Source of the DNA: Eledone cirrhosa | Lineage: Eukaryota | Assembly: GCA_964016885.1 (NCBI GenBank) | Contig: OZ024755.1 | Location: 39,432,001-39,496,000 of the forward strand | Length of the DNA: 64,000 nucleotides | Direction of reading: 5' to 3' | Part shown: positions 37,891 through 53,010 of the stretch, piece by piece | Layout: each line of letters begins with the position of its first letter | How positions within the stretch are numbered: the stretch's first letter is position 1 | Notes under the pieces: model-generated | The model's database searches: none | What the model was told of the DNA's origin: nothing | What the model saw: only the letters and a program-made list of their open reading frames with translations | Position numbers and translations under genes: made by a program

Positions 37891-38151
37891 TTGTTTGTGT
37901 CTGGCTAGTTCGTCCTCAGATTTGATGTGATTTTTGTTGTGTTAACACTGGTCTGAGGATCAGGCAGTCTTGGAGTCTGGTCTGGCGTACCAACCCAGAT
38001 CACGAGCCAGTTGTTTGAGAAATATTGGTAACCAGGATGTTACATTTCCTATGTAACATCTCCACTTTGTCCTTATTATATCAACTCTGCTCTGTAGCGA
38101 ATGCTGACTTTGATACTCTCACAAGTTTTTTTCAGACTTACTAAACATTCT

Positions 38152-38331
<180 letters not shown>

Positions 38332-39761
38332 AGTTGTAATAAAAACGGTCTATTCCATTGCTCCCTTGTATAATCTATCATCTTTAAAGTTTAAAGAATA
38401 CTTTACAGACTTTGAAAGTTTCAGATATCATTGTCTACCTGAAGCTTATTAATTAAGGAGATGGGTTCTTTCTCGCCAAATCCATGTTCAATCATAAAAA
38501 AGGCCAATACATGAGGGAAAGTTGTTATTCAGGTATCTAGCATCACAAATGAGAAACTGAAACGGATGTCAGAAAAGCTATTTCTGCTGCATTTCCAGAC
38601 CACAAAGGTGATCCTATGAAGCTGACAGGTGACGTCTGTGCAAGGCACTGCCTCAGCAAAACTGGACTCAAAAGTCAGGCAATGAGACCAGTAGTTATCT
38701 ATGAGGCTGCTCTTAGAGATGCTCCTCATCACACCTGTCAAGCATGTGGAAGAGACTGGTGATCAGCAGGAAGACTCGAACGTATATGACACAGCCTGCT
38801 ATATCCAATGAACGTTTTTATCATACTTGCAATACACTTTAAATCATTAGCCAGTCTAAAAGGTCAATTTGATCGCAGTAACGATAAGACATTTTAAGAT
38901 GTTTTAAAAAGTTTTATTTTTTAAGATATCATGGGAATGCCATACTCGATAACGAGGGGGTAGCTATCATCTACGTATACATGTGTGTATATATGTATGT
39001 AAATATGTATGTAAAATGGTAAAGTGTCAATACATCATTCTGTCACGAATAACCTTGGACGTTGCACTTAGAAAGCCCCCTTCCGAGGCAAAATGTATTG
39101 TGGAAGATCAGCAGTCGTCCATGCAGAACATTCTTCACTCTCCACGCCACCGAAGTTGTCCAAGCGAAAAGCAAAGGCTGATAAGCTTGGCACCAGTGAC
39201 GCTAAGCGTCGGGAATCGAACTCACAGCCTCAGGAATGGAAATCCTATATTCTAACCGCTAAACCACAAATATATATATAGTTTCAAAAACAAAATCCGC
39301 ATAGCTACATCGTTAGCATATGAGTTCAGAAGGAGGCACACCGGATGATACCAATAATCTAAAAAAAAAAAGGAGAGACGAACAGTCTAATCTCTTCAGT
39401 CAACCTCTGGAAATCTCTATGGTTTCGGTTTTTAAGGTTGATACCATTCATTCCAGTGTATATTGGAACGTAAAACAGCAGTTAGAAACAAAGACATGAG
39501 AGGATTTGCCTTTCGGCGAATTTCACGTATAAGTATTCCAATCGCATCAGCTAACAAAGAAGAGAAAAGAAGACGCCATTGCCAGAGAAACATTTTAGAA
39601 GAAATGTACCCCGCCATCTCTGTACATTTGCTTCGATTTATTTCTGTTCTATGAATTCTAAATATGTAATTTTAAAACGTTTTGACATATCGTTGGGTTG
39701 GTGTGACAGCCGGACAATACAGCAATACAGTTATTGAAGAGTAGATTGCTTTTTAAAATTA

Positions 39762-39892
39762 TTTTGACGCCTATACAAAAACTTTTGAATGAATTATTCA
39801 GCAATGATGTTTGTAATGGATATATATATATATATCCATTACATACATCATTGCTGAATATTTCATTCAAAAGTTTTTATGTAGGAGTCAAA

Positions 39893-39893
<1 letters not shown>
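39762..39893. repeat. Near-perfect palindrome of about 130 bp centred on (TA)n
   Basis: TTTTGAC.CCTA...TAATGGA(TA)nTCCATTA...TAGG.GTCAAAA. Confidence 0.85.
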
Positions 39894-39923
<30 letters not shown>

Positions 39924-39928
39924 CACAC

Positions 39929-39960
<32 letters not shown>

Positions 39961-40019
39961 ATATATGTATATTTATATATATGTATGTATGTATGTATAT
40001 ATATATATATGTATATATA

Positions 40020-40077
<58 letters not shown>

Positions 40078-40096
40078 TACATATACATATATATAC

Positions 40097-40152
<56 letters not shown>

Positions 40153-40167
40153 ACATAAATATATACA

Positions 40168-40386
<219 letters not shown>

Positions 40387-40387
40387 T

Positions 40388-40426
<39 letters not shown>

Positions 40427-40495
40427 ATTTATATATATATATATATATTTATATGTATGTATGTATGTGTGTATGTATGTATGTACCTATGTATG

Positions 40496-40527
<32 letters not shown>

Positions 40528-40532
<5 letters not shown>

Positions 40533-40685
40533 AAAAAGAGATGAAATCGAAAATGCAACTGGAGTCTTATATTTTTATTTCTTTTTTTTTAAATATATAT
40601 ATATTTATTTGGTTCCTTTACCGGTTTCGCAGTTCTTCTTTTCAAAAGGTGAGTTGAGATGGAGGGTCTGTGGTTTTTCTCACAT
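40528..40685 (-). mobile_element. Single arm of the 28313 family
   Basis: Matches 28313-28450; (TA)n on both sides. Confidence 0.75.
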
Positions 40686-40692
40686 CTCTTTA

Positions 40693-40813
<121 letters not shown>

Positions 40814-41084
40814 GGTATATACTTACATACAAACATACACACATATATATATAATGCGTGTGTGTGTGTGTTTGTTTGTGTATGTATGTATATATAAAAC
40901 ATAAAAACGCTGAGCGATCGATATATTTACATATGTTTTCAACAATTCATTTGTCAGATATGATTGTATTTCAATAACATTTCCATTAAACTCTGTTGTA
41001 AAAGTAACAACTGTAAGACAGACATATGCCAAATATGTGTAATAATTCCAGAGATATTCTTTGACGGTTCTTCAAGTATCTTCA

Positions 41085-42725
41085 CAGACAGCGACACCCT
41101 CTCTGCCTCTAGTACTGATATTTCCCTCACCTACCCACATACAGCGACACCCTCTCTGCCTCTAGTACTGATATTTCCCTCACCTACCCACAGACAACGA
41201 CACCCTCTCTGCCTCTAGTATTGATGTTTCCCTCACCTACCCACATACAGCGACACCACCACAGCCTCTAGTATTGTCATCTCGCTCACCTACCCACAGA
41301 CAGCGACACCACCTCTGCCTCTAGTACTGATATTTCCCTCACCTACCCACAGACAGCGACACCACCACAGCCTCTAGTATTGTCATCTCGCTCACCTACC
41401 CACAGACAGCGACACCACCTCTGCCTCTAGTACTGATATTTCCCTCACCTACCCACAGACAGCGACACCACCACAGCCTCTAGTATTGTCATATCGCTCA
41501 CCTACCCACAGACAGCGACACCACCTCAGCCTCCGTATTGTCATCTCGCTCACCTACCCACAGACAACGACACCACCTCAGCCTCCGTATTGTCATCTCG
41601 CTCACCTACCCACATACAGCGACACCACCTCAGCCTCTAGTATTGTCATCTCGCTCACCTACCCACATACAGCGACACCACCTCAGCCTCCGTATTATCA
41701 TCTCGCTCACCTACCCACAGACAGCGACAACACCTCAGCCTCTAGTATTGTCATCTCGCTCACCTACCCACAGACAGCGACACCACCTCAGCCTCTAGTA
41801 TTGTCATCTCGCTCACCTACCCACATACAGCGACACCACCTCAGCCTCCGTATTGTCATCTCGCTCACCTACCCACAGACAGCGACACCACCTCAGCCTC
41901 TAGTATTGTCATCTCGCTCACCTACCCACATACAGCCAAACCACCTCAGCCTCTAGTATTGTCATCTCGCTCACCTACCCACATACAGCGACACCACCTC
42001 AGCCTCTAGTATTGTCATCTCGCTCACCTACCCACATACAGCGACACCACCTCAGCCTCCGTATTGTCATCTCGCTCACCTACCCACAGACAACGACACC
42101 ACCTCAGCCTCCGTATTGTCATCTCGCTCACCTACCCACATACACCGACACCACCTCAGCCTCTAGTATTGTCATCTCGCTCACCTACCCACATACAGCG
42201 ACACCACCTCAGCCTCTAGTATTGTCATCTCGCTCACCTACCCACAGACAACGACACCACCTCAGCCTCCGTATTGTCATCTCGCTCACCTACCCACAGA
42301 CAGCGACAACACCTCAGCCTCTAGTATTGTCATCTCGCTCACCTACCCACAGACAGCGACAACACCTCAGCCTCTAGTATTGTCATCTCGCTCACCTACC
42401 CACAGACAGCGACACCACCTCAGCCTCCGTATTGTCATCTCGCTCACCTACCCACAGACAGCGACAACACCTCAGCCTCTAGTATTGTCATCTCGCTCAC
42501 CTACCCACATACAGCGACACCACCTCAGCCTCTAGTATTGTCATCTCGCTCACCTACCCACATACAGCGACACCACCTCTGCCTCTAGTATTGTCATCTC
42601 GCTCACCTACCCACATACAGCGACACCACCTCACCCTCTAGTATTGTCATCTCGCTCAACTACCCACATACAGCGGCACCGCCTCAGTTCCAGCCTCCGT
42701 ATTGTCATCTCGCTCACATACCCAG
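41085..42725 (+). repeat. 52-53-bp minisatellite, about 30 copies
   Basis: AGCGACACCACCTCAGCCTC(TA/C)GTATTGTCATCTCGCTCACCTACCCACA(T/G)AC in contiguous units with no spacers. Confidence 0.95.
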
Positions 42726-43144
42726 ACATTGCTACCCCTAATGCATAAGGAAGATGGGGTAGGATGTCTGATGTAGCGGGTGTTACTAGCTGTTCTCCGT
42801 AGCAGTCGTTTCTCTATCAGGGAGGTGCAACTGAGATATACCATTATACACGGGTGTAGAATGTTCCTCTCCCCTTTTTATATTATTTAATGTACCTCCC
42901 ACTTTCTTCTCTCTCTTTCCCTTTATTTCTTTAGTCTTTTCTACTTTTTTTTAAACCCATTCGTTAATGTGTCTTTTTGTTCAACAATAACTTATATATT
43001 CAAGTCCATAGAGAGTTCTTCTGACAACGTAATCTTAAATGAAAAAAAAATATTAGGAAATATGTTCACATAACCTTTAAAATTACTTTTTATATATAAT
43101 TGATGATCTGTTCCCACCTGTCAATATCAGATCTAGATTGTGTG

Positions 43145-43267
<123 letters not shown>

Positions 43268-43321
43268 GTATATATATGTATATATATATATATACATATA
43301 TATACATATATATATATATAC

Positions 43322-43358
<37 letters not shown>

Positions 43359-43364
43359 CATACA

Positions 43365-43396
<32 letters not shown>

Positions 43397-43429
43397 CATA
43401 TATGTACATACATATATATATACATATAT

Positions 43430-43475
<46 letters not shown>

Positions 43476-43565
43476 GTATATATACATACATGTATATATA
43501 TACATATATATATATATATACATACATAAATATATATATACATATATATATACATATATATATAT

Positions 43566-43619
<54 letters not shown>

Positions 43620-43655
43620 AAATATATATACATACATATATATATAGTAAAAGAG

Positions 43656-43694
<39 letters not shown>

Positions 43695-43753
43695 CATTTA
43701 TATATATACATATATATATATATACATATATATATACATATATATATATATAC

Positions 43754-43804
<51 letters not shown>

Positions 43805-43921
43805 CATACATACATATATATATCTACATACATATATATATACATACATATATATATACATAGATATATATATACAAACATATATATATATACATACATA
43901 TATATATATATATATACATAC

Positions 43922-43952
<31 letters not shown>

Positions 43953-43965
43953 CATATATATATAC

Positions 43966-43996
<31 letters not shown>

Positions 43997-44033
43997 CATA
44001 TATACATATATATATATACATATATATATATAT

Positions 44034-44075
<42 letters not shown>

Positions 44076-44078
<3 letters not shown>

Positions 44079-44660
44079 CTTTGAATAACTTTGAATAACT
44101 TTGAAATGTTTTGGCCAGTATTGGCCCAGGCCATGTCTAACTTAATAGCACCACCTGGCGAAGTCTTTCAATTCAGGATTTGGGCACCATGGCCCATTCG
44201 AGAAGAGAATTACTGTTTGCGGAGACATATCCGGGTGTGGGTGGTTTGTCCGGGATTACTTGGAGGAATTTGTCCAAAGACTTCTTGAATTTTGTGTGGT
44301 CAGTTTCTGTTTTGACGTGTCCTGGTGTGATGTTGAAGAGAGCAGGGCCGATTGAGGTGAAATAATTGTGCCGTATTGTTGTTATGAGTTGCGATTTAGA
44401 TTTTTGAATGGGACGGATAGCACGGGGCCCAAGCCTTGGGTGTATCTTGAAGGCGATGCCAACATCATTTGGGCAGTGATGATGGAACATTTTCCACATC
44501 ATGCAGATAATATAACGCTCACGGCGACGTTGGAGTGAGTAAAGTTTCAGGTTTTCCAATCGACCCCAGTAGTCAAGGTCTGACATGCCATCTATCTTTT
44601 TCGTGATTGCCCTTTGAGGAGCTTCAAGTTTCATGATACTTTGTTTCGTGTGGGGAGACC
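44076..44660 (-). mobile_element. CR1-like LINE 3' fragment with tandem 10-bp tail, inserted in (TA)n
   Basis: WSPH....[36 protein letters not shown]...[13 protein letters not shown]. Tail (TTCAAAGTTA)x3. Confidence 0.8.
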
Positions 44661-44710
<50 letters not shown>

Positions 44711-44779
44711 ATATACATATATATATATACATATATATATGTATATATGTATATATATATATATATGTATGTATGTATA

Positions 44780-44846
<67 letters not shown>

Positions 44847-44853
44847 ATATATG

Positions 44854-44910
<57 letters not shown>

Positions 44911-44931
44911 ATATATATATGTATATATATG

Positions 44932-44981
<50 letters not shown>

Positions 44982-45011
44982 TACGTATATATATATGTAT
45001 ATATATATATG

Positions 45012-45143
<132 letters not shown>

Positions 45144-45198
45144 TTTATGTATATATATATGTATATATATATATATGTATATATACATATATGTATAT

Positions 45199-45247
<49 letters not shown>

Positions 45248-45293
45248 TATATTTACATATATACATATATATATATTTACATATATATACATT

Positions 45294-45327
<34 letters not shown>

Positions 45328-45338
45328 TATACATATAT

Positions 45339-45407
<69 letters not shown>

Positions 45408-45414
45408 CATATAT

Positions 45415-45461
<47 letters not shown>

Positions 45462-45500
45462 TATACATACATACATATATATATATATATACATATATAC

Positions 45501-45574
<74 letters not shown>

Positions 45575-45611
45575 GTATATATATATGTATATATATATAT
45601 ATGTATATATA

Positions 45612-46129
45612 TACAATTAAGTTAAAAATGTACATCCCCATATGTATACTGAAATACTAGTATGCATATGAATACACACACGTATACATATGTAGATGTA
45701 CCGAGTTTTTCACTGGTCACTTTACTGTGAGTGTCCAGCTATTCTGTATGTAAACACACAGACAAACCGGTTTTTAGAGTCATACTGGTTTTTGAGGAAA
45801 CACCTTTCCTCTATTCTCCAGAAAGCCAGACAATATTCCTTGTCTGGCTTTCTGGAGAATAGAGGAAAGGTGTTTCCTCAAAAACCAGTATGACTCTAAA
45901 AACCGGTTTGTCTGTGTGTTTACATACAGAATAGCTGGACACTCACAGTAAAGTGACCAGTGAAAAACTCGGTACATCTACATATGTATACGTGTGTGTA
46001 TTCATATGCATACTAGTATTTCAGTATACATATGTGGATGTACATTTTTAACTTAATTGTTTAAGCGTCAGTCATACAAAAGTGAGTTACAAACGAAACG
46101 AAATTTAATTTCGTTTCGTTATTTGTTTT

Positions 46130-46131
<2 letters not shown>
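45612..46131. repeat. Palindrome of about 450 bp in (TA)n with one-sided tail; no intact hammerhead core found
   Basis: 45613-45832 mirrors about 45840-46060 (mirror ORFs 45696+ and 45780-). The tail contains the small hairpin AACGAAACGAAAT..ATTTCGTTTCGTT. Confidence 0.9.
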
Positions 46132-46217
<86 letters not shown>

Positions 46218-46222
46218 TATAC

Positions 46223-46257
<35 letters not shown>

Positions 46258-46300
46258 CATATATATACATATATATATATATATACATATATATACATAC

Positions 46301-46331
<31 letters not shown>

Positions 46332-46839
46332 CATATATATACATATATACATATATATATATATATACATATATATACATACATATATATATATATATAT
46401 ACATATGTAGTGAAATCTTAGATATTTGTATTGGCATTACCATTTTATAACAGCAACTGCTTGTATACCTTTTACCTGACCTATTTTCACCCCTAAAATA
46501 AGCTTCAATTACTACTATTTTACCATTTGGCCAATTATTAACTTTCTATTGGTTAATTCTAAACCTCTTACCAAACAGACAGAATATATTAGATCTTTGT
46601 TGGTTTTATTCAATGAACAAATAAAATTATTTCTGAGTTCAGCATATGACCTATTTCTTCCCTAAAATAATCCTTCATTCATAATATTCTTTTCCATCCA
46701 AAACTGAAATCTACCTTTCTCTACCCATAATTTAAGGGTCTTCTACTACTATATTACTATCTTGACCCTCACTATCTCCTGATTGGTCAATTCAAAACCT
46801 GTTCCCAAACAGACCTATTGTATTGAATCTTTGTCTTTA

Positions 46840-46981
46840 TCATTATTTCTGAAGACAGCATATATATGTGTAGGTATGTATATTCCCTCTGATAGTTTGT
46901 ATAAATATTGTACATAGATCTATAGAATATGCATACCAACTCTAACACATATATATCCTAGAAACGATCGTAAAATGATGA
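46840..46981 (+). ncRNA. Type I hammerhead, diverged relative of the giant-palindrome ribozyme (element about 46780-47035)
   Basis: TCATTATTT-CTGAAGA-..ATATATGTGT...ACACATATAT..-GAAA-CGATCG-TA/AAATGATGA. Downstream AATATAAGGAACTGTTTC..TGTTTATTCATT matches 21397-21430. Confidence 0.75.
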
Positions 46982-47084
46982 ATTTTTTTAATATAAGGAA
47001 CTGTTTCTTTGTTTATTCATTATTTTATTAATTTATATATATACATATATATACATGCATACATATATATACATATATATATAC

Positions 47085-47125
<41 letters not shown>

Positions 47126-47154
47126 TATACATATATATATATATATATACATAC

Positions 47155-47236
<82 letters not shown>

Positions 47237-47875
47237 TGGCTGCCAACTCGTTTTCGAGTACGGCCACTACTTTATATCCATGTAGGAGAACCCTTATCGA
47301 TGCGCTGAACAAGTGTGAATTTTTAGTCCAGCCAGCCACTTGAAAACTCTGGTACAAACACTACACTTGTGACAATTATTGACACATAGTGCTGGGCCCA
47401 TGGTACCATGTGATGACAAGTGCAGAGGGATCTCAAGATACAAAGCAATGCCTGTGCCGTGAAGCTTTTATAGTGAGCAAAGGCACTGCACAAAGCCAGT
47501 CCCACTCTCTTAACGAAGATGATATTTACCGAAAAGAAGAACAAGTCAACATCATTAGATACCATCAGGGTTGCAGGTGTTATATCAGAGTTTTCCTTCA
47601 CCTAGAATTCTGCCTTGACAAAGGCTAAGGGGTCATCTCTCACGGTGATTTTGGATGGCCATTGACTCTTAAGAGCTCATTTGCCATTTGACAGGTTTTG
47701 TTTTTAGTCCTGCAAGATGTCCAGAGTCACCCTCCTCACCAAGAAACCTTGGTGGGGTTGCCAGTTTAGCCGCCAACGTCCCGACCAAGAGACAGGTTGT
47801 ACTGGGATACATGTTACCCCTAGCACCAACTGGTGACCTGACATATATACATATATATACATACATACATACATA

Positions 47876-48612
<737 letters not shown>

Positions 48613-48908
48613 TATATATATACTACCATACTACTTATATAGTACAGTGCGAGACTCACTCCATAGGAATATAACATTGAACTTCTAGAGGAACCGAAAG
48701 ATGATAGTGACTTAGCTTAACTAACATTATGTTACTTGTTTATTAAGTCTCTGATTTACACAACTCTATAATTAGAATTATTAAAGTAGCTTGTCTTTCT
48801 AATTGGTGATTGCCTAACATACGCTACTTCACCGGCCGACTCTGGGACTTTACTTATTCAATTATATTTTAAACATTTTTAAACATTCAATTCCTTAAAA
48901 TAACCCTG

Positions 48909-48966
<58 letters not shown>

Positions 48967-48973
48967 TGTGTTC

Positions 48974-49034
<61 letters not shown>

Positions 49035-49050
49035 AATATATATATATATA

Positions 49051-49249
49051 TAGGAAAATGTTTAACCCCGACGACAGAGCTCAAACCGTTTCGACGGCTA
49101 TTTCTGAGTCCATAAATAGCCGTCGAAACGGCTTGAGCTCTGCCGTCGGGGTTAAACATTTTCCTATTACCCACTCTACTACCCTAAGTATTGAGTACTC
49201 TGGTGTGTTATAGTACATCTGGTTCCTTACCACACTTCCTTCGTTATAA

Positions 49250-49250
<1 letters not shown>
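49051..49250. mobile_element. Hairpin island with 3' hammerhead halves and one-sided tail
   Basis: 49051-49103 mirrors 49115-49166. Outward reading GTC-GAAACGG(T/C)TT-GAGCTC. Tail TACCCACTCT. Confidence 0.65.
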
Positions 49251-49296
<46 letters not shown>

Positions 49297-49778
49297 TAAA
49301 TATATGTGTAGCTATGTATAGTATAGTATAGTGTAGTATATTGTAGTAATATACTATACTGTAACAATATATAGTATAGTATAGTAACTATGTATCATTT
49401 TTTTATGATGGGTGTTTTTTTAATTCTGTTAGATTTTGTTAGGTTAGATATTTGTTTCCAAATTGGGCACATATAGTTTCTATGGTGAATGTACGTAGCT
49501 TAATGGTTAGATTGGTCGGCTTACGATCGATAAGTCATCGATTATCAGTCTTTATTTAACGTTACTCCAGTCCTCTTCGCCAACAAAATATGATTATACC
49601 AGAAATTTAAAAGACCAGCCTCGTTACGTTCTCTATCACGTTGAATCTCTCCGGGAACTCGTTAAATGTCCATATCTTTATGGTAGTACTTAATTAGATA
49701 CATGTTAATTACAGGGACAAGGTGATCCATTGTTTGAACAGCTGCAGTAACCACCCTACCATATTCATACCACGTCAA

Positions 49779-50005
49779 TCTTCTTCTTCTTCTTCTTCTT
49801 CTTCTTCTTCTTCTTCTTCTTCTTCTTCTTCTTCTTCTTCTTCTTCTTCTTCTTCTTCTTCTTCTTCTTCTTCTTCTTCTTCTTCTTCTTCTTCTTCTTC
49901 TTCTTCTTCTTCTTCTTCTTCTTCTTCTTCTTCTTCTTCTTCTTCTTCTTCTTCTTCTTCTTCTTCTTCTTCTTCTTCTTCTTCTTCTTCTTCTTCTTCT
50001 TCTTC
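49779..50005 (+). repeat. Long pure (CTT)n microsatellite (about 75 units)
   Basis: Read directly from the sequence. Confidence 0.95.
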
Positions 50006-50169
50006 CAGAGAGGGTCCTAGGGAAGAGCCCCCAAACATTCCTTCCAACGGGTCTTGTCAGAAACAACCGTCTCCAACTAACCCGGCTGAATCCCCCAGCG
50101 AGACCAGTTGCCCGTAAAATCTGACTCTGTCCAGCAATTCGTTCGTGAGACATTCTGACCACATAGATC

Positions 50170-50306
50170 CTAACCCATAGTATCAGTTAGACTCTAACCC
50201 ATAGTATCAGTTAGACTCTAACCCATAGTATCAGTTAGACTCTAACCCATAGTATCAGTTAGACTCTAACCCATAGTATCAGTTAGACTCTAACCCATAG
50301 TATCAG
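50170..50306 (+). repeat. 24-bp tandem repeat, about 5.7 copies
   Basis: TAACCCATAGTATCAGTTAGACTC. Confidence 0.9.
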
Positions 50307-51143
50307 GGCTGAGCGATCTGAATTGAGAGATCACAGCCCGATACTAGCACGCCAATCATATGTAAATCACATTACACTTTTAAACTATTATTATTCCCAA
50401 CAGAATGTAAAAACAAATTATGAATAACATGAATTGAGAAGTATCATAGAGTATCTCTGCAAATGTATGTACATTGCATAATTACCACGCAACATCTAAT
50501 TGACAAAAAATTATATCCATGTTTATTGTCGTATAAAAACCCTTTCAATAAAACATATTATAAAATGATGTTTGTTTTTAACGGTAAGGTGGAAAACTCT
50601 CTTATAGTTCATAGATAGAAGTATGGAACTGTAATTGTTTATTTTTTATGGCTAATAAATTAACACAATACAGCGAGTTCTTTTGTTTATTATTGCTTAT
50701 AATTAAATAGATGATTGATGCATAACTAATTTCCTGTTGGGGAAATAAGAGAACAACATTGGATTGTGTGGAGAATGTATTAAAGAACTCATTAATATTG
50801 GAATGGATCGTAACTAGCTTCGTGATGGAGAAAGTGAGATTCTCATGTCAGCTGTGATTTTTAACTGAATCTCCTAAAACAGTAAATATATGATTAACAT
50901 CGAATATTTATTAGTAATAAAATCTAAAATAACATTTGTTCAGATGTCACCCGATATAAGCTCATTAATTCTTTGAATATGAAATAGATGTTATCTAAAT
51001 AACGTTGCTATGTTTTTCTCATTGTGTAACATTACTTCAGGATTTAGAACTTCTTTCTTTATATTATTTCATTATCATAATATTGACTCAATATTGGGAT
51101 ATGGCTTAAACTTTCTTCTATTATTTGTTTCTAACTAAGGACA

Positions 51144-51312
51144 GTGGATTGGCAGTATCGGTAGAGGGTCGGACGCCATGCTTTGACGCATAGAGTTATG
51201 GGCCTTGCCATTCTGAGTTCAAATCCGTAAAGGTTAACTTTGCCTTTCATCCTTACGGGGTAGATAAAATAAAGCACCAGTAATACATTAGGTAATTGCT
51301 GGCCTTGTGCAA
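51144..51312 (+). mobile_element. tRNA-derived SINE (subfamily with GGCCTTGCCATT middle, as at 54183)
   Basis: Same A/B boxes and body as 1157, with a variant middle segment. Confidence 0.8.
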
Positions 51313-52335
51313 ATAATTCTTTTGTCAACTGAGTGTATTAAATAAATATATATCAGCGTAATTACATCTTCAAGAAGAAACCTCATATTCATTCAACTTC
51401 GATGAACATAGCCTTGGCCAGGAGGTGCTGATGTCATTAGACGGTATCCAACGTTTATTGGGTGTTTCCACCCTCAACCGTAACACCCTCTCGCTTGGTG
51501 GGTCTGCAATGGTGTTTAAATTACTGCCAGTCATCACCTCTCTCCTGCTCAAAAACCAACAAGAGACATTTTCTGCTGCCTTCCCTATCCTCCGAACTTC
51601 AACCTTCTTCTCTCTTCCTGTTATTCCTATTCGGAGTGAGGCGGGAATCCCCTGCAACCAACATATCTCGACTGGAAATAGCCATGGCTACCAATGTTTT
51701 TCCCTACACTCCTTGCACAGGTTTGACACTCTTCTTCCCGTAGGACTGATTAGGATTATCTTTTTTATCCTTTCAGACCAAAGTACTACATCGGGCCTCA
51801 GGGATGTTTGAACGAAGGAACTGCAACGTTCCTCTCAGATCAATCCTCATATCCCATGATTGGATCATTTGCGTAAGCGTATACCTATGCACGGGTCTAA
51901 ATCTTATAACAATAATTTAATATTCTAATCATTATTTACTTCATTAGTAACCTCTGTCGTTTTCGTTTAATAATTTTATTTACATTAATCTCAAACTCCG
52001 GAGCTGGAAATCATTCGGTTAAACTAAACATAATATTAGTCTAACGATTCCCGTTATAGCATAAACGTGGTTTTGTCTTTGCGTAAAATTGTTCTCACCG
52101 CCCCACATAAGGACGTATTATCCTCGCTTTTTCCTGTTCATTGTCAGGGAACGTCTTCGCGAACCGAAGTATCGTCTTCCTGCTTTCCTTTTGTTACAAC
52201 GTTTTTCGAAATATTTACTTCTGCGTCCACAGATTGATTCTTTTCAGTTTTAGAAGATCCCGTTAAGGGGGAAAGCAGCGATTCTTTGCTTAAAGTTTAA
52301 GCTGTCGAAATGGCCGTCGGTGTCCTGACTCTTTT

Positions 52336-52394
<59 letters not shown>

Positions 52395-52540
52395 AGGGTT
52401 GACGGACCCAGCATATTTATCAATGCCAGTACCGGTTGTATCTCAGCGCACTCAATGGGCAATGTAAGATACATTACCAGAGTATACACATAGTTATTTA
52501 CCTCAACACAACACACGTAAAACGGGTGCCCATTAAGGTT

Positions 52541-52650
52541 CCCGGACTCGAGTTTCTGCCGCACTAATGCAGCAGTAAGGTGCACTGCACCATCTGTCTG
52601 CATATAGTATGCAACAATGCACAATCGGCTTATGCGGCTTCATCAGCGGG
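52541..52650 (-). ncRNA. Type I hammerhead ribozyme in a non-coding island of about 275 bp between (TA)n tracts (52391-52665)
   Basis: CCCG-CTGATGA-A-GCCGCA...TGCGGC-A-GAAA-CTCGAG-TC/CGGG. Canonical core, GUC triplet, palindromic stem III. Confidence 0.82.
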
Positions 52651-52661
52651 TATCGCCTAAT

Positions 52662-52699
<38 letters not shown>

Positions 52700-52948
52700 T
52701 AAAAAACTTTTCGCTCAATAAATGTAATCTGAGTTTTTCGAATATTAATAATAATATTCGGTTCGTTTGCAATTATACAAACAAGTCTCATTTTTAAAGC
52801 CATGTCAGGAGAATGAGCCCCTTATTCTTGTTCTTGTGTTGGCATGTAAACAGAACTGCAGACACTACTAATGTTTCTGAGTATCACCCTTTATCAGTAC
52901 AGTTCACTGCCAACTGTCCGAGTTAATGAAAATATATTTGACTCTTTT

Positions 52949-53010
<62 letters not shown>

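Noticed and set aside
39495-39556. Minus-strand CTGATGC...GAAATTCGCCGAAAGGCAAATC as a hammerhead
   Set aside because: The core has C at position 9, and stems I and II do not pair convincingly.
41085-42725. CRISPR-like regular repeat
   Set aside because: Units are contiguous with no unique spacers, there are no cas genes, and the context is eukaryotic. It is a minisatellite.
49662-50162. Poly-Ser, poly-Glu and poly-Arg ORFs
   Set aside because: Three readings of one (CTT)n tract.
51370-51811. ORFs 51370..51657 and 51425..51811 (and 63530-64000) as host genes
   Set aside because: No recognisable domain or splice context. More likely decayed retroelement ORF1-like sequence, but not assignable.
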